From contig NW_014569493.1 of NCBI RefSeq assembly GCF_000743755.1, forward strand, positions 1-44,973: DNA of 44,973 bases, written 5' to 3'. Source of the DNA: Blastocystis sp. subtype 4. Its lineage: Eukaryota. The notes under the pieces are model-generated. The model was not told where the DNA came from. It worked only from the letters and a program-made list of their open reading frames with translations, and searched no databases. The translations under genes were made by a program, and so were the position numbers. The first letter of the stretch is position 1. Each line of letters begins with the position of its first letter. Of this stretch, positions 23,722-34,934 are shown one piece after another.

Positions 23722-25412
23722 ATGCCAAATTTAAAATTTCCAAAGATATCACCTCAAGAGAAGGTGGAACTCCTTGATTACTGGGAATCTCACCGGACTT
23801 CATATTCTGTTGTTGCACACTATTTTGAAAGGAAGTGGAAGAAGAAGATCAATGTTGGCGTTGTTGCAGACATCATCCTTCAGTGGAAGAAGCATAACTA
23901 CATTCGGGGTCTTTCCCATATTTCTATGCGTGGAAGTGCTCTAGCTTTAAGTGTTATGGAAGCTATGTCGATAATCGACCCCTGTGGAGTTCCTATTTCC
24001 AAGAATTGTCTTTATTCTATGTGTATTGGCGAAATGAATGATCAGGAGACGTCTTCGTTTCTCTCTATGGATTCTCTCGATGCAGTATTAAGAAATGGTG
24101 GGATTAATTTCGATGATATGTATATTCCATCAGAGGTAGTTGCGGATGAAACTCAGAGCATTCAGGAATTGCTCAAAGGGTATCCTCCTTCTCGTGTATT
24201 CTTTTTAGATTCGTTCCAGTTGTTTTTCAGGTAAATATGGAGACTAGTATTGAATGTAGATGTACTCCCTATCGCTCTTATGCTTATACTTCGGTTACAT
24301 CCAGAAAAGTGTTTCCTAGAGAAAAGGCGGAGATCATTGTGTATGTCTCTGCAGATGGAAGCATTCGCAGTAAACCCTTTCTCTACAGTCGTCGGCTCAC
24401 TACTTTGAGTGATTTAGAGAGTCTTGTACAGACTCGCAAGCGCCGGTGGAGGCTATTAAGGTCTGTAACATCTAGAGAGCGAATTGTAACAGGGGAAGCA
24501 CTAGCAGCCATACTGAAAGATCTGGATGCTCATGTGTCTCCTGGGAATAAGTGTCTCTTGCTTGTGGAGAATGTAGGTTTATTGGTCCAGGGAATATGTG
24601 AAAACGAACGAACCTTTGAAGTAAAGCTTGCTTCACAGAGTGGATCTGAGATAGTCATTCAGCTGCAATCAGTGCGCGTTGTTCTTCTTAACAGTAAGAT
24701 ATTCTACCAGTTTTCTCCTTTGTGTTCGAGCCTTATTAGTTCTATTCGAATGAAATACAAGTGCAAGTGAACTCTGATGATTATCCATAGATCTCGATTA
24801 GTACAAGCTGTAAATGATAAAGTGTTGAATCGACGCGGATATAAGCGAATTATTCCTTATGATGAGTGTTATCAGATTCTTCGGTCCATTTGGGAATCCA
24901 TCTCTCCAGTTCTTCTTTCTATAACACCAGGTTCTTCTTCCTTCTTTTCTTCACTTCCTTCGGATCTAAAACAATTGGAATCACTTGAAAAGGAAGCAGA
25001 ATCAGAATTGCAAGCCTCTCTTGACAAGTATTTGAGTACGTTCTCTGTGTCTCCTGAGAAGTGTCTGAATCTGGAGCAATACAAATACCTGGAATATGTT
25101 CCCTATATTGCTGGAGTTGGTGTATTACGGGACTATCTTCGTACTCCCGAACTCATTCCAATTCTATTCAACAACCCTGGATATCCAGAAGCGTCTTTCT
25201 TTCCTCCGTCAAGCTTCTTCCTACATTCACAACCACAGAAGACGGAAGATCATCCTCCATCAGAAGATGTTATACTTGCTCCAAATCGCAAAATTGCTAC
25301 TGCTTTCATAGCATGTTTAGAGTCAGTTGTGAATGCATCTGATAAGTTACGTTCGGATCGAGATGTTTATGATGATTTGATTCTTCGTATATCTTCACAT
25401 TATATCAAATGA
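23722..25412 (+). CDS. pogo/Tigger (CENP-B-like) transposase-derived protein, catalytically degenerate
   Basis: N-terminal psq-type HTH (ISPQEKVELLDYW..SYSVVAHYF..INVGVVADII). DDE_1-like blocks YPPSRVFFLDSFQLFF, REKAEIIVYVSADGSIRSKPF, LKDLDAHV..NKCLLLVEN and VVLLNSKIFYQFSPLCSSLISSIRMKY. Introns 24231-24259 and 24761-24790 join the three ORFs. Confidence 0.75.
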
Positions 25413-25424
25413 CAAAGATTTGTT

Positions 25425-25432
25425 AACAAACA
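25425..25432 (-). terminator. Blastocystis-type polyadenylation motif TGTTTGTT
   Basis: Minus strand reads GTA CCT T|CAAG TGTTTGTT. Confidence 0.8.
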
Positions 25433-25436
25433 CTTG

Positions 25437-27161
25437 AAGGTACCACTTGAACAATCACCGTTTTACAATCCGAAGGAATACACTTCTCATTAGTATCAAC
25501 ACAAGAAACAGAAGGTAATTTCCACTCACCAGGATACTGTGGAACCAGAATCATCGAGAAGACTGTTACCGACTACATAAAGAGAAAAAGATAACACTTA
25601 CATGAGGGAGAGACTCAGGAATGACCTGCTCAATGACACTGCATACCATATCTGATCGTGATTCGATGAGGACTCTATTGATGTAGGAAAGGAAGAGAGA
25701 TTGATAGAAGGATATTTGAAGCCACGGTATGTATGCATCGACAGATTTGTCACTTCCATCTTCACCTTGTTAGGTTGCATCAAACGGAATTTGTCTTCAT
25801 ATCGATATTGAATCGACATCTGAGGTTTTGGATGGAGTCGAACACGAAGGCTACATAGAATCTTCATTTCCATTTCCTACTCATAGTCTCGTGTCAATGG
25901 ATACAGAGACATAGATTGTGTCCATTGAATATGAACACGAACATAAACATCACATTCAGAGCGTTCCGAACGATCAAGAGTGGCAAAGGAAGAGGCATGG
26001 TTCTGTGTATATTCAACATGAGTCTGGATAGAATGCCGTTGTTTTGGAACAAGAGTAATCAAATTCGGAGAGTAATCTGTACTCAGATGAATGTCCGACA
26101 AAATAGTTGGATTGTGTTTTGGTAATTCATACTACAATCAAAGTGAATATAACTGCAATACAGAATTCACAATTGCAAAATCAGTCTGAGTTCCCAATCG
26201 ACGAAAATCATCAACAAAAACAACATCTGTAATGTAACTAGAAAAGGAGTCCAAGTAGACCGGATAGTCACACTGATTCTCGAACTACATTACACAATAA
26301 GTCCAATTCGCTTACATTTAACTGAATATCTCCATTCTGTCCTGCCAAAGAGAGTTTAAGATTGTTTTCAAGCGAAACTGGAAGACTCAAAGATACATGT
26401 GTCTGATGATAAGAAATAGCTTTCAACATACATTGGAGGTTGAATTATCGTTTAATAGTGCTAAGCCAACAATTCGTTTTGTCAGTGGTGAATCGAGGTA
26501 AGCTTGCTCAGGAAAGGATGGAAGACTGTTTATTTGAGATGTAAGTTGATAAGATGACTAGAATATAATTCATTACTGGTGCATACAAAATGATTGGGAC
26601 AAGGCTTTATGACTGCTTGGAGGAGATACTGAGTTTGTTGGCCCCTACCCAAAGACGAGAATTCTGTGCTATTCTCTGGTAACTCAATTCGCAGTGAACA
26701 CTTGTAGTAACAGTCGAAAAATCCACCAGATAGAGAGTTCCATAACCATAGAGGCAACCCTACTAATATAGTGGAAAATGAACAAATACGTTTCCGTGAT
26801 GAAGAGTTAATGGAGTCTGAAAATACTGCAGATAGGAGCAGATCTTTGTATATGGATGGTCTGTTGAACGTTTTGACCGTATTATCTTCATGAGTTGAAT
26901 CTGCTCTATGCTATACTTAAAAGCAATGTAATACACCAAAAAAATCATTGCATGAATGGTTTGGACAAAGAGCTTCCAATCGGTAGTTGTCGTGACTTTG
27001 GGCTTCCTCCTCATAAGAATATATAGATCGCATTTTTCATCTTTCTGTCATCAATGACAACCGTTCCTACTATGGTACAACACTTTACGCACTCGAAGTT
27101 CGCCTTCTGGAGCTGTTTCGTCTTTGATAAACAAAGCAAAATCAAATTTGTCAAAATCCAT
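25437..27161 (-). CDS. hypothetical protein, possibly a TRAPP-subunit-like protein (multi-exon; stop probably made by polyadenylation)
   Basis: Many short exons. The C-terminus FSMILVPQYPGEWKLPSV..TVIVQVVP resembles the L.P...G...LP..V.V.P ends of large TRAPP subunits. The family call is weak. Confidence 0.45.
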
Positions 27162-27202
27162 CTTCAGCAAGGATAAGAATGGACTCGATCACAACAAACA
27201 AA

Positions 27203-28269
27203 TTACAACACTGCTCTCAGAACAACAATCACAACTATCGTAGTTAGAATCATCAGAATGATCGTCCTTGAGATTGGATTGGCTTGCAAGTCCTTCCAAT
27301 CATATAAGAGGATATCATCTTCCTTTAGAAGCAGTTTTCCGTCTTTAATTTCATGATCCATCATTCTACGAATCACCATCATAACCTATATCTACTTAAC
27401 AGAGTATCCTGAAGCTGTTGAGAATTCTACTGTTTCTGTAATAAGCTGATAAACTCCATCCGTGATAGTATGACAAACATCACTGACTGTTTCCAGGCTA
27501 CACAGCGAAATAGAAAAGTTGATAGGAAGACTCACAAGTGCATCGGACTTAGAGCAGTTCCGTTTTAAATAGAAGCGACAAAGAGATGTATCATAATCCT
27601 TAGGAATAAGATCCCCTTTTTGCAAACACTGGCCTTTGTATACGAATACCAACCGATCATTGAAAGAGTGACAGAATACCTGGACTGCTTGCACAATTCT
27701 ATCAAGAGTAATATCTTGAAATGAAAATGGCATTGGAACAGTAAGTGTAATTGGTTGGACCCACTGAGTGATCGACTGAATTGTAATAGATCCATTTAGA
27801 CACTGATCTGTTGTACAATCATAGAGGATGGGATTTGTATATTTGAAATAGACATAATCTACAATTGAAAAGGACAAATGATGTTACCTGACTCAAATTC
27901 TTGCAAGATTGGTGTGAGATACTCCAATACAAAAGAGGGGTTTGAAATTGATGAACTATAGACACCAAGAATATGCTGGCCTTCACTAAGCCGATTTTGG
28001 AACTAGAATGAGATCCATCTCAATAAAACTAACAGAACGAATAACCTTTTTCTTTAAAACAGTTGAGTCATTGGAACGAAAGAATGTTTGAATATGGTAG
28101 TCAGCACAATGACTCAGAAGAACAACTTTATCTTGAATGACCTAACTATCACGAAAAAATGTAGCTAAACATCTCCAATCAAGTATCCACAGGTAAATTC
28201 ATCAGAGCAATGTCTGAGTGAATCATGTAACTCTTCAGACATGACAACTTGTACTGACTCATTCCCCAT
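27203..28269 (-). CDS. tail-anchored protein, possibly ODR-4-like (multi-exon)
   Basis: N-terminal EFTCGYLIGD..QDKVVLLSHC and GQHILGVY recall the ODR-4 GLLIG / GG..VLG.F blocks. C-terminal TM TIILMILTTIVVIVVLRAVL*. Confidence 0.45.
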
Positions 28270-28301
28270 GACTCCAAAAGAGAATACTCAAAACAAACAA
28301 A

Positions 28302-29556
28302 TCAATCAGACTTTTGTGATGATCCCAAGTGAAGTGCGTAAATCCCTAAGTACCTCTTGATTTGTGTAATTACAGTGCATACATACCATGTGTACATGAC
28401 AAAGAGGACAACAGTACACACGATCAACAAAGTATCTTGATCCACAAGATGAAGGAACGAATTCATCGTTAATACGACAATATTGTACATTCCAGCGAAC
28501 CTCCAATCCAGATATCGTCGACATAAGTGAGAGATGTTAATGCGAGTAGACAGGAAGGAGAAGGTAAGTCCACAGAAGACTAAACTCAATTTCATTGAAC
28601 ACAAGCCTACAGTACAGAAGAAGAGGATGCGACTTAACAAGAGGCGTGAAGATCAGCAATCTCACACTGCAAGCAGCAATCACTCTACAAATCACTCAAA
28701 TCAATAGTATAAACGCAGAGGGAATGCATCGCATCAAGTAGTCTTTGGTGGTAAGATTCTTTTCGCCTCGTTCAGCTTCAGGAACTCTTGTTCCACTGCG
28801 ATAACCATCCATAAACAAAGAATAGATGGTCAAAAGCATTCCAACGTTGGTTATCTCCATTACCAATTCCGAGACTGATATTGAGAAGGGGAAGTTCCAT
28901 GGAATAGGAGCTCGGAGTTTTTCAGAGCCAAGGAATCCCGCTAAGAAGTATACGAAACTAACAAGGAGAATGGATTCAGTCGTTCCAAAGAATCGATTAC
29001 CAACAACGAGGACATTAATATAATATTCCAGAACCTGTGCGAGAGAAAATGCAGTACACTGGATAATCATGACAAGACAGGCATGCACGCTTAGGCCCGT
29101 TCCACAAGCTGAAAATAGAGTAACCAGAATAAAAACCTCATTAATAGCATCACAGCCGTGGTCGAACAATTGTCCTAGAGGAGAGGATGCATTCAATCGG
29201 CGAGCCTGTTTACCATCTGCACAATCGAAATTGAGATATGTAACTAAAGCAAAGGAAGCCAAATAATAAACCCATGAAGGAGCCTTCCCTTCAAGTGTTG
29301 GATCATGATACAGGACGGTGATCGAAGCTGAAAGGTTTATGATAAGGCCAATCAGGGTAATCATATTGGGAGCCATCGAATCAGGGAAAAAAGACGCAAA
29401 CCATGTCCAGAACGGATTCAGTAGTTTCTCAATAAGTGTATAGTCGGCTCCATGGTAGACATAAGTGTCAAGACTCTTGAGATCTTGCTCATGCAAGTAT
29501 TTGGGCATCTTCTTCTCGAGATTCTCGATCCTTTCTTTTATTTCACTAGTGTTCAT
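28302..29556 (-). CDS. choline/ethanolamine phosphotransferase (CDP-alcohol phosphatidyltransferase)
   Basis: Signature DCADGKQARRLNASSPLGQLFDHGCD, plus APNMITLIG and multiple TMs. Confidence 0.95.
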
Positions 29557-29762
29557 TCTGTACAGTAAGGATTTGATCACATTATTATAGACTGGGAATT
29601 CCAGAAGTCGTATGGATTTTGTATTTAGAAAACAGGTCAAAACAGATGATTCCAGAAAAGGACTTGATATTCGATATTATCGTTATTCAAATCCCTCTCT
29701 TGCGTAGAAGTGATGCATGACAACCATTTCCACAAAACAACCATTCGTAACAAACAACAGCA

Positions 29763-31075
29763 TTAGATCTCCTTCACTAATGATGTATCCTTTACCATTA
29801 GTGGTTCCATATCTTCTTTCACCTCTTCTTCTGTTTGTTCCGTATCTAACTTCTTATTGCGATTATCAAAGTTGTATCTTTCTATTTGTCATAGTATCAT
29901 TCCAACCGAACCAATAGAATACCAGAAGGAACCAGCAATTGTCACAACACATCCAACAGCACTGATTATGCTAAGTGGTTGTTTAAAGATGATCACAGAA
30001 ATGATAATCACACAGACTTGCTTCACATTTCCCGCAATATTGATCACAAGAGGAGAAGTAGATTTTGTAGCTTCGAAATTAGAGACATTCAGAGCAAATG
30101 CAATGAAACCATTAAATACCAACAACAAATATATATAGAAAGGCTTTCTATATATAAACTGTTATAAACATAACAACCCTTTCAAAAATGATGTATAGAA
30201 AGCTGTTTCGTACAAGGTTGAAACTGGAATCAACTCTAATGCACCTAAACTACTATTCTAGAATGTATAGTGGAGATGAAATGTACAATCGTAAGGAGAT
30301 GGAGAGGAGATAGCTTGTTTCCGGAGGAAAGAAGCAATTTGGTGACAATTCCTTTGATTGTAGAGACAAAGCAACTAACTAACAGAATGACCACCCCTGT
30401 GAAAGTTCCATGGATCTCTCCCTTACATACCATCATGGCACCTCCAATAATGGGAATTAGAGTGAGATACACACGAAATGAGAGTTTCTCTCCAAGCAAT
30501 AAATACTGAATCACTGCTGTCCACGCAGGCATGGTACATCGGACAATCTACAGTCCAAAATCGAAGTAATAAAGTACTTGATCAAGTGCTAGACTACAGT
30601 ATTTGATACTTGCATTCCCCAAGACAATGTTCACAATGAATAAGACACTAACAAGAAATAGACGGAAGAATTCGTTTTTCTCAATTGGTCTGGCCCCATA
30701 ATAGGAAGGTGCCATAATTCTCATAAATCCTGAGTATACTGCAGAAGAAATCATATGCATCTAGGAATTAGACACTATCTGACTGCCAATTTTACCAATG
30801 TAAGGCTGATCGGATATGGACATTTCAGATACGAAAAGAAGACCTTATTGATTGTTGTAACCAAGATAAGAAGGAAGAACCATATTATGAGCCAGTTCAT
30901 GGAAGGAAAAGAGCGTAATGAAACAAACACTGAAGACAAGGAATTAACCTTCTGAAATGCATCTATTGTTATCAGGCCCCTAGAGTAGATGGATTCATAG
31001 AGACTCGAAAAGCAAACCCGAAGATTCAATGCTTCTCGGAATCCTTAGATTGATTCCATTTGGATGCTTCCTGAC
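29763..31075 (-). CDS. triose-phosphate/nucleotide-sugar transporter family (SLC35/TPT), multi-exon, 5' end approximate
   Basis: Motifs NKVFFSYLKCPYPISLT, NIVLGNASIKYCSLALDQ, LTLIPIIGG and NGFIAFALNVSNFEATKSTSPLVINIAGNVK. Confidence 0.9.
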
Positions 31076-31261
31076 ATCAAACGTTCATATCGACTGAAAA
31101 CAAATATTACTAACTAAATATAACACTTTCCAGGAGAGATACACAAAAAAACCAAGTTGAACTAATTTTCATGATTAATCAACTCAAAACAAATGTGTTT
31201 CGGTGGCGCAATAGTTCGTACATCTGTCCCATTCTTACTCATTTTCTTTTCTAAGGCCTCT

Positions 31262-32284
31262 ATGCCCGTCAACAAGTATATATGGTATTCTTTATTCTCT
31301 CTACCTGTAATTCTGATTGTAATTTCCTTGACCTTATTGCTGATTCCGAATCCACGAATTGCAAGTATTATTGGGTTTGAGTTGATTGAACTCATGAGGT
31401 GTAGTTATAATGAATTTGCAAAGCAATGGATAAACACTGGCATTAGTGTCATCAGCAGTACCCAGTTCAATATTACATCGTCTTCACTGTCACAGAAATT
31501 CAAACCTATTACTCAAGTTGACGGATTCTATTATCCCTTTCGAGACAAGTGTAATGAGAAAGGCGACCCAGAGTGTTTGATAACACCTGCATTCTTTTAC
31601 GATTCCTCAATTGTTGTGGATAAATTTTACCCAACGCATTCAGTAGTGACCGATGGTGGCCAATTTGTCTTAAATGATACTTTCGTCTTTAGCAGAGTCC
31701 TCGTATTTTCGCCTCTTGATCTACACTGTAATACTGTGAGGTACCTGTTCATGTATTGTTCGATGTAGACCCCTCTGTGAAGAGAAGTGTATCGATATGG
31801 AAGGTCAATGGAATGAAACCACTGAACGTTGTTCTATCCAACAGTATTTGAATTCGGTTTGTTATCGACTACTCCTAAACGAAACATGGATCCCTGACTA
31901 CACAAATAGTGCTAAACTGAAGGACAATGTACAGCAAGCAATTGGTTGTGAGTATTCCAATCAATGGAGTCCTTATCAGTACTCGACAAAGAAGACGGGT
32001 TTTATTCGTGTATCTCTTCGTTATTACATTGATTCGTTTATTATAGCATCGTCAGCCACAAAAGGGTGTTCTGATCGTAGCTATGAGAGTAATCATTGTT
32101 TTGGGAAGCCAGCCTCGGAAACTCGTCATGGACCGTTTGTTCTTTTAGTATTTGCTGCTTGCAGTCTGTTACTCGAAATTGGAGTAGGAATAGAATCGAG
32201 GATTAATAATAGGTTCTTGTGTTTTGTATTAAGGGAAATCAATCATCAAATCATCCTGTGGATCCTCTTTTAGAAGAGATATGA
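31262..32284 (+). CDS. hypothetical two-TM membrane protein with a Cys-rich luminal loop
   Basis: N-terminal TM, a Cys- and N-glycosylation-site-rich middle, and a second TM (FVLLVFAACSLLLEIG/VLVFCI). After a 29-nt intron it ends DPLLEEI* (TGA 32282-32284). Confidence 0.65.
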
Positions 32285-32320
32285 ACTGTTTCTTACAAAC
32301 AGCGGACCTTTTATGGTACA

Positions 32321-33210
32321 TCACAAACGACGCACATTTGTACGAATGATGTTTCGAGGATCTTCCTCCAAGTCTGTTTCCAATACTCCGGCTTCTTGCA
32401 GAACCCATTCAACAATATCAACATTCACCTTTCTTCCTCCGAGATCCTTCAGAGTTGTGATCTGTTTCACAATCGTTCCCTTGTTATAGACAAACAAGGC
32501 AGGAAGATTCCTAACTCTCATTCTCAATACACACAAATACTTATCTGGATAGTCCTTAATGCAATCCGTGCTGATCATTTGAACGAATTTGATCATTGGA
32601 TTCCGAGCACTTACTTGATCGAGAACTTCCTTCAGAATCTTACAATCCATAATAGTAAAAGGTAAAGGTAAAATTAAAACTTTCCTTTCAATGGATATTT
32701 ATCGTTATACAGGAAAACAACCACCGGATACTCCTGGCTACATTCGGTTACTTGTCGAATGTACTCACTTCGGGAGATGGAAATTAGATAACCAAATTTG
32801 TTCTTCTCTGCAGCTTTTTGCAGTTCCTGGATTCGTTTTTGCCTAGAATGAAAAGCACATAACAAAAAAACCGATATTCATTCAACGCAGCAAGGTCATC
32901 GTCACTCATCAATTCTTCCTATCATTAAACCAAATAATCTCAATTACATCAAGATCATCTTCTAACTCATCCAAATCACGGCCCTCATAAGGATTCACCT
33001 TTTGCTTTCGTTCTTCAAGAACTTCATCCAATGCCTTTTCCACATCCTTATAATGAAACCAATTCATTATTCGTACCTTCTTTCTTGGAACAATACCTCG
33101 TTCAGCAAGAATATCTTCCCATTCTGTTGTTTCGTTGGGATCTTTGTGATATCTACCAATCACTCTTTCTCAACTACACTGCACGTTGTTGAGCTTCCGA
33201 AAAAGGACAT
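32321..33210 (-). CDS. phosducin-like protein (PhLP2/PDCL3-like)
   Basis: Motifs DPNETTEWEDILAERGIVP, KFGYLISISRSEYIRQVT, IKFVQMISTDCIKDYPDK.NLPALFVY and LETDLEEDPR. Confidence 0.93.
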
Positions 33211-33351
33211 TCAATAATCAACCTCTTTAATAACACACAGAATAAAGGAGTTACGAATTGGATCCCATTCAATCAAATTCCCGCGATCTCCATCTGAATT
33301 GGGAAAGGCATTATATGGTCCTTTGGTAACCTTAAGGTTGGCTTACTGTGG

Positions 33352-34911
33352 ATGGATTACGAGAAGACTAATTCGATGGAAGGAAGTAGGGATTCACCTC
33401 AACACGAAATGGAGAAACAACCAATGGACATTCCAGGAGGAGAGATTCAGCAATCAGTTGATCCAGATATTGCTCATAGTATGGAGGATGGAGAAGTGGA
33501 TATGCAACGTGATTGGAAATCAGATGATGAAAATGGCAAGCATGGACATGTATTGGTTGGTTGGTTGATAATAATATTCCAAGACGGTAGATGACGAAGT
33601 GGATTATGAGGCATTGTCGGCTGATGAGTTACAGCCAGTTGGTTCCGATTTAGAACATTCGGATGGTGGAGATGATGGTGTAAGGAGAGATGAAGTTCGT
33701 TCTGTGGATGAGACTAGGAAGTGGAGTGACAGATCCTATTCGAGAAATGTCTCAAGAGATGCTCCGATTCGTAGAAAACCTATTCCTCGCAAATTGCCTT
33801 CTCAATTGCGTTATCCAGGTGTTCCTGCCCTTAACTCTGAAGCCAGTGATTTGGTATACTGCGTCACTCGAAATGTACATGAATTAGATATCATCTTATC
33901 CCAGTGAGACGTTTTATTATAGTGATTAGGATAGACATGGCTTATTGGAGTATGTGGACAATGCAGCTCTTGTTCAGACGTGTCAGTTAGCTCCTGAATT
34001 AGCTGATCAGATTATGGAACAATTTGATCGAACGTGTAGTCCCACGATTCAGAATCCAAGGTATGATAATGGATTGGATTTTAATTAATTGCGTTATTAG
34101 CCTCTTCACATCAAGTTGGGATGTGATAGAATGGAAAAACGCAGAGATTTTGGCGTGTGCAAATCCTTAAAGAGAGATATTATAGAGGAATATTTGCCAA
34201 TGAAAACTGACTGAAATTCTACCACTTTTGGTTCTCATTGAAACGCCCAATATTTGAATAACTTGATCTTATTTGAGTGTTCTATGATATGTGTTGAATC
34301 TGATTTGTAATGATGATTAATTGTTTGTAGTTCATATCTGATGTGTATCACATCTAAAGTGGTCAAAGAGAGTAAGGTGAAACGAGAAGTCATGGAACAT
34401 GGTGATTCACGAGAGTATCATCGAAATGATCGTGATGGCCGTGGTTATCGAACAGAATATCGAAGAAGATATGATCGAATGGATCGTTTCAGAGATCGTT
34501 TTGATCGAATGAGAGATGATCGAATTGATCGTTTCAGAGGTCGTTTTGATCGTATGAGAGATGATCGTGGTGATCGTGTTGATCGTATGAGAGATGATCA
34601 TCTTGATCGTACTGATCGTGTGAGAGATACTGTGGAGGATCGTGGTAGTACAGATCGTCTTCGAGATTCTCGTAACTTTAGAGAGTATCGAAGAGAACCT
34701 CAAACCTTTGGTGATTACCAATCCTATGCTACGAGATTCCGTAGTCATTCTCGTAGTCACTCACGTAGCCATTCACGTAGTCATTCTCGTAGTCGTTCTC
34801 GCTTTGATTCTGCTCGTGATGTATTTTCATTCCATGTTATTGAATCGTAGACTCCTCGTTATCAAGTGAATTATGTTCGAGGAATGAGTTCGTATTACTC
34901 ATCTCGTCGTT
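33352..34911 (+). CDS. acidic N-terminus + hnRNP-Q acidic-domain-like helical domain + RD/RS-repeat protein (putative RNA-processing factor)
   Basis: VDNAALVQTCQLAPELADQIMEQFDRTCSPTIQNPS/SYLMCITSK spans a 270-nt intron (34061-34330). It is followed by DR/RD repeats and RSHS x4. Last intron 34821-34850; ends YYSSRR + T. Confidence 0.6.
34061..34330 (+). other. unusually long (270-nt) GT-AG intron
   Basis: GTATGA donor at 34061 and TTTGTAG acceptor at 34330. Splicing restores CCA AG/T TCA TAT CTG in frame with the 34341 ORF. Confidence 0.65.
34472..34800 (+). repeat. coding tandem repeats (approx. 42-nt RD unit; 12-nt RSHS unit)
   Basis: Near-duplicate gatcgaatggatcgtttcagagatcgttttgatcgaatgagagat / gatcgaattgatcgtttcagaggtcgttttgatcgtatgagagat units. 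cgtagtcattct-like 12-mers at 34740-34800. Confidence 0.85.
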
Positions 34912-34915
34912 CTCT

Positions 34916-34930
34916 TGTTTATAACAAACA
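34916..34930. terminator. overlapping bidirectional polyadenylation motifs (TGTTTATA on +, TGTTTGTT on -)
   Basis: The sequence TGTTTATAACAAACA lies between convergent genes, each motif exactly 4 nt after an incomplete stop. Confidence 0.7.
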
Positions 34931-34934
34931 CAAA

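Noticed and set aside
21120..25430. Active DNA transposons
   Set aside because: No terminal inverted repeats or target-site duplications were seen by eye, the catalytic residues are missing, and the genes abut normal neighbours with minimal spacing.
34205..34290. TPP-riboswitch-like words (CTGAAATTCTACC ... AACTTGATCT) in the long intron
   Set aside because: The following P5 / TAAT..C.GCG elements are absent and the host gene is unrelated to thiamine. An Rfam RF00059 scan would settle it.
34472..34800. Short spaced repeats resembling a CRISPR array
   Set aside because: They are in-frame coding repeats for RD and RSHS tracts, with no unique spacers and no cas genes, in a eukaryotic context.
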